Part shown: positions 52,714 through 64,000 of the stretch, piece by piece
Position numbering within the stretch: position 1 is the stretch's first letter
How the letters are laid out: each line of letters begins with the position of its first letter
From: Utricularia gibba
Lineage: Eukaryota > Plantae > Magnoliophyta
Direction of reading: 5' to 3'
Length of the DNA: 64,000 nucleotides
Assembly: GCA_002189035.1 (NCBI GenBank)
Contig: NEEC01000021.1
Coordinates: forward strand, 310,001-374,000
Notes under the pieces: model-generated
Told to the model about the DNA's origin: nothing
Databases searched by the model: none
Seen by the model: the letters and a program-made list of their open reading frames with translations, nothing else
Position numbers and translations under genes: made by a program

Positions 52714-54273
52714 ATGGCGCTTTTCTCTCGACTCTGCACTCGGGTACGTGGCACCGCAACCGCTTTCTTGCATAATTTTCTTCCGTATTCATTTTTTAAG
52801 ATCTTCTGTGATCGTGTTTAGGTAGTTCCGCGGAGGATCAACTGGACACGCTATGGAAGAAGGTGATTCCTCTTAAACGTCCTCCCGCAGGCCGTAACTA
52901 CAGCACTTGTATATTTCTGATTTTTTCTGTAATTCTGTATTTTTAATGAAATACCCATAAGAACGGGATGAAAATGAGAATTCAGAATTTATTTGGGTCC
53001 GTGAAAATATGGATTTTTCAATATGTAGTATGCAGTTCAGTGGGAATGATTGTCTTCAAACGTTGTAGGGGATGTTATACATCTGGATTCAGATCATTTT
53101 TCCTCGCGGCTGATATCACTGATGCCCCCTCGCCCTGCTTAAGAAGTATCAATGGGCTTAGGATGTTTTGTGTGTCCCAAGGTTGGTGAGATGGGTATAG
53201 ACATGGTATTTAGTTTAGGTAGTAAATATGAAATTGTGGTATTGTTTATAGATCAAGCTCCTTGTCTGTGGACTTCATTAGAATTCCGTGATTTCAGTTG
53301 GGAAATTGAGTGATCTGCTTTTTCTTTATCCAGATTTATCCATGAAGAAGTGTGTAGGATGCAACTCCAAGGATATGAAGCCTATGACTGAAGATGCCGC
53401 CAGAATTCTAATTGAAAAGGCATGGATTGCGTCTCTTTTGTTAGTTTACATGTTTATCTGTATAAACAGCTACTCCCAACCCGTCAATATACATGATACA
53501 GGTCCCTGGATGGAGTTTGGTGAATGAGGAGGATATTCTGAAGCTGCAACGATCGTGGAAGGTTAAATCATTCATGAAGGGGCTTGAGTTTTTTAACTTG
53601 ATTGCTGGTGTTGCAGAAGCAGAAGGTAAATCATCAGTATCCTGACTCGATTGCATGTGTCCATTGCTGAAAATTCCAAAACCTTCTAAAACATTTTAAA
53701 TCTAATCTCTTACTTCTACTTTTGGAACAATTTTAAGTAAAACTATACTTTGAATTTTAGAACATGAACAATTAGACCTCCCACAAACACTACCTCCTCT
53801 TCCATGCATTTGCAACACACAACATCTATGATCTAACTGTGTTGGCTCTGCTGTATTTTGCTTTCATGAAATCTGTTATCTACTTAAAAAACTGGCGTAA
53901 AACAAGGCAACTGCTCTAGGAAATGAATATGTGCCGTGCCATTTATCCATGATTCAACTTCTGTATTAATCCGTAACTTGGATTAGCATCCATATAATGT
54001 AGTTTTGCTTACCCATCAGCATTCTCATTCTTTCCACAGGCCACCATCCAGATCTTCATCTTGTGGGATGGAACAACGTGAAGATTGATATATGGACTCA
54101 TGCTGTAGGTATGCACCGTCAAGTCATAATTTCACACCCTTTTTTCCCATTGCAGCTCACTTGATTCTTCACACATTTCAGTAGGACTAACGGAGAACGA
54201 TTACATACTCGCCGCCAAGATAAATGCGCTAGATCTCCACCATCTGCTTAGTACAAAGTCCGCCAGTAAGTAG
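52714..54273 (+). CDS. PCD: Pterin-4-alpha-carbinolamine dehydratase, mitochondrial type (At1g29810-like)
   Basis: Core exons: one ending 53181, 53334-53419, 53502-53625, 54040-54108, 54182(or 54185)-54273, giving RMFCVSQDLSMKKCVGCNSKDMKPMTE..KVPGW..WKVKSFMKGLEFF..EGHHPDLHLVGWNNVKIDIWTHAV..LTENDYILAAKIN. N-terminal exons 52714-52743 and 52822-52862, and the exon-3 acceptor (53036 or 53069), are less certain. Confidence 0.88.
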
Positions 54274-54812
54274 TGTTTTGTTGCCTGAATGTACCTGATC
54301 CAATGCACTTCTCAACCCTGGATGTTTTTGATAGTTTGGGGGTAGTCTCCTACTCACATTAAAAAAAAAAAAAAGAATGGGTATAGTAAATGACATAAAA
54401 TCATGATGTTTTGAAGCATGTCTCATACATAATAGCTCACATGAAAAATGAAGAATTGAGACTAAAGAGAGATGATATTATCCAAAATACTCAAAAAATT
54501 TAAGAAAAAATTAATGTCATTACATTTTGAGAAAAAGAATACTTTTTTATGAAATATTGAAATTTTTTTAAGGAACAAATTTGTTATTATACAGAAGGAG
54601 AATAAAAATAATAATTTGAAGAAAAACTCTTTTGAAATAATAATAATAATAATATTTTCATTTTGAATAATAGGATTAGTTAAGGCTATGATTTTGAATT
54701 CAACATGAATCAAAACTTAATGAATAAAATTGTTTCAAATACATCTTCCTACCAAATTTATTTTCATGTACTGCCAAGTTTAAGTGTTGGAGCAAGTCCA
54801 GGAGAATTAGAT

Positions 54813-54897
54813 TGGGCCTAGTAAATGGGCTTTAGTGTTGTGGGCAGAGGCCCCTAATCTAGGGGAAACCGAGAGCATAAACCCAGAGGAAAACCCT
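54813..54897 (+). promoter_or_regulatory. Site II motifs and telo-box-like element upstream of the NFD6-like gene
   Basis: TGGGCC (54813), TGGGCT (54826), GGCCC (~54849) and AAACCCTG (~54890) within 125 bp of the ATG. Confidence 0.5.
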
Positions 54898-54934
54898 GCG
54901 TTCTCCAAATCTAAAGAGCAAAATCTCTGCAACG

Positions 54935-55333
54935 ATGGCTTGGCGTGGTTCCTTTTCTAGATCATTCATTTCAGCTGCTAGGACCGGGGGATTCCGTTCA
55001 TCCTTTCCGCATTCGACGCCTAGTTTCCGGCGCCCGAATCCAATTCCTCGTCGTAATCGGCACAGCCTGCCCTTCGCTAATTCCAGGTTTCCGATATTGA
55101 ATCCAGCTTAAACACTACGTTATATCAAATTTGGGATCCCGTAACTCTCGGAGAATTGATTATTCTATACCTTTGAAATGATGCAACGCAGGACATTTTC
55201 GGAACTTGGAGGCGCATACTCAGTAATGCCAATGGCCGTCAGAGGGCAGTTGGGTTCTCACCTGACACTCAATGTGCGAGCGTTCTGTGAGCTGACCCAT
55301 GGTAGCTTTCGCCGTTCTTGTCAGGATCGCTAG
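54935..55333 (+). CDS. Small organellar protein, NUCLEAR FUSION DEFECTIVE 6-like family, 2 exons, 97 aa (absent from ORF track)
   Basis: Exons 54935-55086 and 55192-55333, GT-AG. MAWRGSFSRSFISAAR..SR|TFSELGGAYSVMP..LGSHLTLNVRAFCELTHGSFRRSCQDR* fits the family pattern (MAWRGS.SRS..; ELG..QSLLP; L.SHL....R..CELS.G; CQDR). Confidence 0.8.
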
Positions 55334-57081
55334 TATTTACTTTGTGAGTGACAGTTACTGCCGTTAGGATAGCACCATTTTTAGCTATATATATCTGCAA
55401 ATGAATATCGGGAATGAAATCCTACAGCCCTTGTTTCTTCCATATCTTGAGTGATTCAACTAAACTTGCTACGAAGAAATTCGCCGTAAAATGTGCAATT
55501 TCTATTGATTGATGCGCTGTAGGGTGGGAGTTATGTGGTTACATAAATCAATAGCTTTCAGATTTACACACCGTTTGGTTACATAAGAAACATTGATTCT
55601 TTTGCCGCCTGAGAGCATGATGTTTTATATGCTGAATGCGCCCTTTTACTGCACAACTTTCGCTTAGGCTTGCTATGATGATCCAATTTGGTAGCCTTTC
55701 CTTTTTGTATGTTCAATGAGATTAAGTGTGAATACTCAGTCTTTCGTATCTCAAATGTTTGCCTTGGCCTCTTGGGTTGCTTCTAGGGAATGTCTATGTT
55801 GATCTCCACAACTAGTGCACTCGCTACTTATTCCATGATGGAATGCACACATAGATATTCATATTCTGTTCATATTGTCACCCAGTATTCTCAACAGGCA
55901 TTTGATGTCACGTCGAACTTGGCATCTTGGCAGGTGCTTGAGCATATATCTTCGTTAGCTTATGTTACCGAGTCTCAGTGAAGAGGTATATGCTGTGGTC
56001 TTATTCCATTTAGGTGGACACAAGGTGAAAGGGCAAACCCAAGTGTGATCACCAGGTTGTTCCCTTACTCCCATTCCTTTAAGAAGTGAATGTTTCCTTG
56101 TTACATCTTGCAACCTGGCCATGCTCTCTTCCCATATCAAAACCACTGCTTGTTCCTTTAGTAGATTTTCAGTATACATACATGCAATTATTTGTTCTGG
56201 AAGAACAAAGAATCTCTATGCCTTCCAAATTCTTGTCAAATATTCTCCCAAGTCACAGCACCTGCATGTTTCACTAGTATCATGTCCAGAAACACAATAT
56301 ACTGAGTTCTTCATGCAGTGTGAACCTAAAAGTGCATCGTTGAACCTTACTGATGATAAGGGAGATGATAAAAGTAACAGCAGCCATGGTTGAACTCTTG
56401 GCACATCAAACAAGTGTTTGTGGGGCGGGAAGATGATAAGGCTTTGTAATCCTTTATCTTCTTTGCATAAAGCTTGATAAAAGTCGGTCCAGTCAAAAGT
56501 TGTGACTGCACCAGAGCCTCTCCCTCCAATACCCAAAAGAGCACAAAACCCATGGATGCACATGCGTCCCCTCTCCACTGCTTTTCTCCCTTCTTTCTCC
56601 TCACACACAGGCTTCTACCATAAACCAGATCAAAAGTGGAGCACATAGTTATTCTTTAGAACAGTCACCTTTATGCTTACCCATGTTTACTGTGCCCTGT
56701 GGCTCAGTTTTCATGGTTTATTCCGAAGCCGCCATTTCTAGCATTGACCGCATGTTGGGCTTGCAGTACCCATCGTTTTCATGGTTAGAAGAAGATGCTC
56801 TCAGAAAAGCAGATCTGGGAAAGCATCAGAAACATCACAAAAATGGAGGCAGTAAAGTTCCTTACATCTGATGAATGGCAAGCAGAGAGTGAAGGAAGAA
56901 AGGTACCCAGGGTGATGCAATGGAGGACCTACCATGATATGACTGACTATGATGTTCTTTAAGCCTGGAATCAGTTAAAGTTGATATCGTGGATCAGATA
57001 AGGGGAGGAGAATCTATCGTCCTGGAGAGGCAAATGAAGTAAGTAGCGAGCCTCTTTCACACTCCCAGAGAAGAGGAACAG

Positions 57082-57573
57082 ATGGCTGGTGAAGAGAAGG
57101 CTGATCAGAAAACTACTCCACACAGTTCAGAAGAGTGGTTAAATCTGGGCCTGGGAAGGGAAAGGGAACCATCCCAGGAGTCATCAGGGAGACAATCAAG
57201 AATTACCTCAGCCAAGCTCTTCTCCTGCAACTTCTGCCCGAGGAAGTTCTGCAGCTCGCAAGCTCTGGGTGGACATCAAAACGCTCACAAACGAGAGAGG
57301 GGAGCTGTTAAGCAATACCAGACACAAAGGATGATGATGCACGCCTCCGGAACGAGATCACTAGGAGTGCAACCTCATTCACTTGTTCATAAGCCAGTTG
57401 TAAAGGATAGCAGGATTGCTGCAAGCCTACGAAGCACGAATATGGGAGTTGAATCCAGCAGGCTGGGAGAGGAGGCAGGTTCGATGTGGCCTGGAAGTTT
57501 CAGGATGGATACAAGAGAACAAGATGGAAACCCATGCAACTCAAATGCACTTGATCTAGACCTGAAACTATGA
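57082..57573 (+). CDS. Single C2H2 zinc-finger repressor (QALGGH type, ZFP4/ZFP7-like) with EAR motif, 163 aa
   Basis: FSCNFCPRKFCSSQALGGHQNAHKRER, WPGSFR, C-terminal LDLDLKL and N-terminal WLNLGLG. Confidence 0.92.
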   Translation: MAGEEKADQKTTPHSSEEWLNLGLGREREPSQESSGRQSRITSAKLFSCNFCPRKFCSSQALGGHQNAHKRERGAVKQYQTQRMMMHASGTRSLGVQPHSLVHKPVVKDSRIAASLRSTNMGVESSRLGEEAGSMWPGSFRMDTREQDGNPCNSNALDLDLKL

Positions 57574-60500
57574 TCGGCTTATTGATGTGCTAAACTCCCA
57601 GTTAGGCATTGGAGTAGCTGCTTCTGTGCTTCCTTGAAACCTGCATTACAGCAATATTGCCATGTATCTATCATTAAATCTTCAACTCCAATGCGTCTGT
57701 AAATGCTTCTCAAATACATTCAAATAATCATCCACACCAGACAGACACTGTAGATCCAGGGCAGCCCACATGAGGCCAAGGCATGGCAAGGACCTGGATA
57801 ATGATTTCAACCTAACAGCCTAAGGGTGTTGTCAGTTTGATGAACTAGAAACCAGAAACCTAAAACAGTTGGTTACTGGGTTTTGTCGGTTGGTTCAGTT
57901 TGTAGGGGTTAACAGTAATACCCCTACTGGGGTTGCTAGCAGCCATTCAGCTCCATGCTAAATCGAGTTAATTATTGTTTTGCATGTCAGTGTTTTTTAT
58001 TGGGGAACTTTTGCTTTGCTTTGCAAATTATCCTACTTTTTTTACTTATGTTTGTAAAATGCATTATGTTTATAAATTTGTTTGCAAAATAAAGGCATTT
58101 CAATTTTAAAATCATATATAACATATTCAAAATTTTATAAAATACTTGTTATCATTTTTTAATTCATAATTTTCAAATGAACAAATGATAACCTTAATAC
58201 AAAAAAATTTAAAAATTTCCAGTTAATTTAAAATGATATTGAACATGTATGGAAAATAATTAATAAGTAAAAATTATAAAAAAAATTGAATAATTTTAAT
58301 AGTTGATATAAAATAAAAAATGTTATTAATTTCAATATGATACTTGATTTTAATTATTTTGAAAATCATTTTAAAATACAAAAAAATATTTTTATTACAA
58401 TTTTGAGTGTGACATTTATTATTAAAATAAATGAATAATAATATAAAAATTAATTATTAATTTTTTATTTCGTAAATAACATATATCATTTATCATATTA
58501 CATTTTTGTAAAATTTTTTAATTAGTTTACTTGTATAATTTTCTTTATATCATTATTAATAATAAATTTACTATTTAATATAATTTTTAAAAACATTATA
58601 CTTTAGATTCTTTTGTGTTTATGTAAATATAATTTTATTCAACATTCACATAAAAAAATAAGTATATACCAATTATGATGTTTTTTTATTTAAAAAATAA
58701 GAAGTCCGATATTTTGCAAATGAAAACTTAGATTACATGTAATTTTTCAATAAAAAAAACTTTCGGTATTTTGTAAATAAATGTAGTGTGACACACACAT
58801 TTACCAAATTTTGCCATGCGAAATCATATCTATCTATCGATCATTTTCCATTAAAAGTTAAATTACTTGGTCATGGTTACAGAAATGGCCACATCAGAAT
58901 TGTGTAGTGCTTCTTGCTTCCAATGGTAGAGTGCATCATGGGAATTGAGATTCAAGTTTACGCCACTGCTCAAATGCTTAAATACCAATGAAGTTTCTCT
59001 CCCAACTGAAAAGTAAAATGTAATCAAACGCCGTACATTAAACCAACACTCTATCGCAACCAATCATAATATACATTAGTTAATATCCAGATACGATTTC
59101 GATCAGGCTTGATAGATAGAGGTATCTCTATAACATATATTGTTCACATTGTTATTTGAAAGTCTTTCAATTATACCTGATTGAATTGTCATATTAATTG
59201 ATTTCTTTTTTTCAGATTCTTATTTATTTTTTCAATACCTTCTAAATATTTGATCTTGGAAGAAGAAGAACATAACTTAACCTATTGTTTTCCATTCCAT
59301 TTACATTTTGGTGCTTTTTGTCCTAAAGGTCGTTCTTCTTCTACTAAAATTGATGAAGTTTATGAATCCAATACGTATTCATTTGATGCACATGTAACTG
59401 TTGGATCATATGAAGTTAGCAATCCTCAATATCAATGATAAAATACATGATCTACGTTAGTTGCTACCTCAACCACCTCTTCAAAAATTATGGTATCATG
59501 AACAAATCCACTCACCCACTTACGGGTTTCTGTTATTTTTTTTCTACTGTCTTTAAGTTTTGTTCGTTTGTCTTAGTTTTTCTTATGCTTTTTGGTACAA
59601 GAATAGCTGCTAGTAATGTGTTGATATTCATCAATCAAAATTGTTTTTTTATCAAATCAATGCATCGTTCTTTTGATTTGTCTAACCCTCACTAACTATG
59701 TAACTAGTGTGAAAATTCTGATCCCATAACAACTAGTGCATACATTGGTAACCATCCTGCAATTCGATTATTTCATTAACACTCTCTTGTGATTCTTTAT
59801 CATTTATGCCATTTATCAATTTATGTGTTCATACATATTTAATATTAATAAAAACACCTAATAAAATATGATATAAATTTTTCATATCAACATTTACTTT
59901 GGTTCATATCGTAATATCTCCCAAGATTTGATATCAATGAAATCCCTCTACTCTCTAATTTTAAAAAACTCCATGAATTATTATTTAAAATCAAGTTTGT
60001 TATAACTACTATATCTTCTTGATATTATCTTATTCATACAATTTTTAAATTTATTAACATTGTATCTCAAACCTTTCCACTTTTTTTTTATTATATTCAT
60101 CCTATGAGGACTAGATATACTACTTCATGATAATAATCAAATATATTTTTCTTAAAACTGTTTAATTTTTGTGAAATTTCCATCTCTGAATTTTTGATAA
60201 TATTTAGCCATGTTGAAACAAGAATAATCTTATCTTTTTCGACCCATCTTTGATATGTTAATTCTCTAGTAGCCATTTCCTAAAAAAATCTAATAAATAT
60301 TGATAATACAAGGTATGATGATCTAATATGAAACAATAATTCCAAAAACAATAATCTAATCTCAATTACTAATATTAAGCAATAAAATGATTCTTAAATA
60401 GTAAAATACTATTAAAAGATATCATCAAAAGAGATTCAATAATAAATGAAATACATTATAATAAAAAATGATGAATTTATTTGCAAGAAGGAAATCACCA

Positions 60501-61859
60501 AAATATTAAAACTAAAGTCCCGTGAGAAATTTTTATATTGAAATGATAGGATAAAAGAAAATGCAATGCATTATTCGATTTTAAAATGGTTTTAATTTAA
60601 CTATTCAAAATGATTCAACCAACCTAGAATTGCGGTTCTTGAAGTATGGGTTGAAATACATGTTTCCGTACAGGTGCAATTGTTTGTTTCTTCCTCCTGT
60701 TATTCCAAGTTATAAACTGTAAAGCAAATTTGGGATGATTCTCGTTTCAAGCGCGAAATAAGATAATACTTTATCTGATGAGATAATTTATTATATAATT
60801 GATTATATTATTTTAATTTTTAATGTAATTTTATTTGATTATTAAATACAATACAAATCTGAACTCCTACCCATTAAATCATAGAATGCATCTCTCTAAA
60901 AAAAAATTGAGAGATAGAAAAAATTCAGTAAAAAAAAATAGTAACTAATTAGAAACGGATGCTCTCATATATAATGTATAATATTGAACATCTATAAAGA
61001 AATTAAAAGGCATTTACCTATTATATGCATGATCTAGAAAAACTCAACGTAAATAAAGACATGAAAGACAGAATAACTTATTATTGAGTTTCCTTATAGA
61101 AACTAGGTTTCTGTAAAGCCATTTTTCAGAGTATTTTTAGTAGTTTCTAGAAATGTTGATGTGGCTTTCTAGGAATCACTATTATTTTTATGAAAATTAA
61201 TAATTTAGGAAGTCTCACTCTACAAAAACTGGAAGAAAGAAGTTCCGCTTACTTGCTGAAACGAGACTTAAAAAAGCCTGAATCTGTGCCCTAATTTTCT
61301 TCATCAAAATTCCTCAGATTCTTCCTCTACTCTTCATTTCTTTGGATCTCTTTGTTATTGTCTTAAAACTACTTTCAAGTACATTGAAATCTATTCCTTG
61401 ACCATTTTACATTCCCTTCCCCATATAATATATTTTTTGCACCTTTCCTATTCAATTCCGGTACGATAGTGACCATCTTGTTTTTTTTATGATTTTTTTC
61501 TGATTTTTGTATCTGCTGGCTTTACCATTTTTTAAAAACATGTAAGTAGTTCATGCTTTTTCCCGATTCACCAAGGAATGTTTTGGATGCTTTTTTCAGA
61601 TTACTTACTATTAAGTTAAATTGGATGTCAACATGTGTAGGTATCATTAGTTACTATACAACAAAATTCTCCCTTGATTTTCTTTTTCTTTTTTTACCAT
61701 AACGCCCATTCTAGCATGAGTTGGAAGATGAATTCATAATTCTTAGATTTATTGCTTCTTTTTTATCTAATTTAATTTGTTGTACTTCATGTTTGTTTTT
61801 CTATTGTATATATTTATAATGTTTTAGTTGAATTCTTTTGTTATATAATGCCTACTAGA

Positions 61860-62720
61860 AAATTAAAATCTCAGAGATGATATGATGAAGATTAATTGAT
61901 CCTTATTTTAACTTGGATAAATGTTAATAAGCATCCAATACGTGGAACTTTTCAAAAACGAAATAGCTTTTGAAAGAAAGTTTTTTATTATTACCATAAA
62001 TCTCCACATGTCATTTCCCGAAGCATGGATACAATAAGACACAAGTGGTATATTCTAAGTCATAATTGTAACAAATTCGAAGGTTGTATAGATAAAGTAA
62101 TGTCGAGAAAAAAAATGGTTACCATGAATATGATTTCAAACTCCAACCTTTAGAGTTATTTAAGAGTGAAGAAAAGAAAGATTTTGTTTATATTAAGTAT
62201 TGAGAAGTTTTGCATTTTTAATCAAATTATATCAATATGTATAATTTTATTGTTTTGTTGATATTAAATTTCATTATATATAAGTATATGTCTTTTTTTT
62301 ACAAGAAAATCATATCATTAGAAAAGATTTGAAATAAAACTTGAAAATTGATATAATGAACAACTTATTGCATCTTTGTATTCTTCTTTAAGTGTTGAAA
62401 AAGAAGTAAAACCTATATAACAAAAGGTTGTTAAACATAATTTATAAGAGAAACAATTAATAGGTTCTACTAGTGTTATTAATGAGAAATTATTTGAAGA
62501 ATACAAGGATATTGTCAACAATTTATATCGCAACCTTCAGAAAAAAATAAGTCGATAGAGATCTACAATAAATTATATTTTACAGATATCTGCTTAAAGA
62601 TGTGTTAGAATGATGTAAGTAATATGAACATTGAACAAAAGTAAATGTATAAAATAACATTTCATGGTCTTGCAAAGGTTATGAATTTAATTATAACTCA
62701 TAGAATTTCTAAAGACAAAG
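61860..62720 (+). pseudogene. PIF/Harbinger ORF1 (Myb/SANT-like) relic
   Basis: WINVNKHPIRGTFQKRNSF*K (~61915-61980), CNKFEGCIDKV (~62067-62100) and DVSNMNIEQK (~62613-62642) resemble Harbinger ORF1 motifs. Confidence 0.6.
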
Positions 62721-63299
62721 AGTATAATGCATGCGTTAATCTCTCTAATTCAAATGATTGATTAGACTTTGAAGTATGTCGATGAGCTTTTGAACTTGGA
62801 AGGATTTTTCTTTTAATTATATTTTTTTATTTTGAAATTGTTGTATTACTCAACTTTATTAATATTTGTATTTAATTTGATCTACTTATGTTATTTTATT
62901 TTTTATAGACAATGAATTTTATTTAAATTGTACAACTACAAATAATATTATTAAGTTCAAATGAAAGTCATAAATACAAATAATATTATTAGGTGAATAT
63001 AAAAGTGATAGCTATATTATACTGTTAAATAAAATTAAAAGTAATAGGTAAAATTCAATGATGATAGATGAAAATTGAAGTAACAAATAAAATTAATAAA
63101 ATGGTAGGTGAAAATTAAAATAACAGATAAAATTAAAAAGTATTAAATGAAAGTAAAAATGGTAGGTAAAAATTTAGAAGGGTAATTGAAAATTTTATTT
63201 ATTTAAGAATCTAAATGTAATTTTAATTCTATTCATATAATAGATTTACCTTTTGGGAGTCATATAGTGAAGTTTTTCATAAAAGATGATACTGATGAT

Positions 63300-64000
63300 G
63301 TAGCAATCGTTCAATATGAATTTCATTTCATCCACAATGAAACACATGTGGAACAACAAGAAACCTCAAGATAGTCACGTCCATGCCAACGTGTGGAGTG
63401 CAACTGTGAATTAGGACATGAAAGGTTTGTACCTGATTATTTTTACAATGATACAACTTATATAAATGAATAATTCTATAGTAGATTTGGAATGAAAAGA
63501 TCTTTATTTGAAAGAATAGTTGAGACTCTTCAAAGTCAGAATTCATTTTTTTCAAGAAAAATTAAATTGTACGAGGCCGTTTAGAACTAAACCCTTTACA
63601 AAAGTGCATGGCTACTATACATATGTTAGTTTATGGTTCTTGTACTAATAATGTACATGAATATGCTTGAATTGGAGAGGCAACAACTATTCGTAGTTGT
63701 ATTTTAGAACAATATTTGAAAACTCCTACAATTGAAGATTTTGAACAATTACTTGCTTGGGAAGAACCTTGGGGCTTTCTAGGCATGTTTGGTAGTGTAG
63801 ATTGTATGCATTGAGAATGCAAAAATTGTCCAATTGTACAACAAAGTTAATTTAAGCATAGAATTATTGACAAATGTCACTTATGTTAGAAGCAGTAGCC
63901 TCTTTAGATATGTGGATTTGACATGCTTTTTTGGAATACGAAGTGCGAACAATGGTCTTAATGTTTTGACATTCTACATTACTAAATGAATTGCATAATT
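63300..64000 (+). pseudogene. PIF/Harbinger transposase relic, runs off the window end
   Basis: GHERFVPDYF..RFGMKRSLFERIVETL, PLQKCMATIHMLVYG, GMFGSVDCMH*ECKNCP, MLEAVAS.DMWI*HAFFG..N.LNVL. Many stops. Confidence 0.85.

Noticed and set aside
57990-58820. Possible MULE-type MITE with long TIRs
   Set aside because: Inverted similarity is weak and AT-rich, with no TSD.
1-64000. tRNA, rRNA, snoRNA, CRISPR arrays, telomeric arrays, organellar insertions
   Set aside because: None recognised by eye. A tRNAscan-SE/Infernal/BLAST run would be needed to exclude them formally.

Overview
Plant (eudicot, probably asterid by UGT73 style; inference) nuclear genomic DNA with no prokaryotic features. Gene islands sit among nested transposon debris. 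Genes on +: WSD1-like wax ester synthase/DGAT (15339-17243, 5 exons, intact), UGT73-family glycosyltransferase (17494-18895), IRX15-like DUF579 protein (23777-24651), PTEN2 phosphatase (29403-32364, 12 exons), mitochondrial-type pterin carbinolamine dehydratase (52714-54273), small NFD6-like protein (54935-55333) and a QALGGH C2H2/EAR zinc finger (57082-57573). Genes on -: a small secreted S-protein-homolog-like gene hidden by a frameshift (32613-33055), an LRR-III receptor pseudokinase (33260-35573) and a split basic-secretory-protein pseudogene (37220-38134). Transposon material includes Copia and Gypsy (Athila- and Del/Tekay-like) relics, three TSD-flanked solo LTRs, a MuDR element with TIRs, and a PIF/Harbinger relic. 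All five frameshifts in otherwise intact genes are single-base losses in short C/G runs, which suggests assembly error. The best candidate for an undescribed unit is the tightly packed receptor pseudokinase > SPH-like peptide < PTEN2 cluster, followed by the WSD1-UGT73 pair. Both are hypotheses. All analysis was by eye, and family assignments and Arabidopsis locus IDs are from memory, not database searches.
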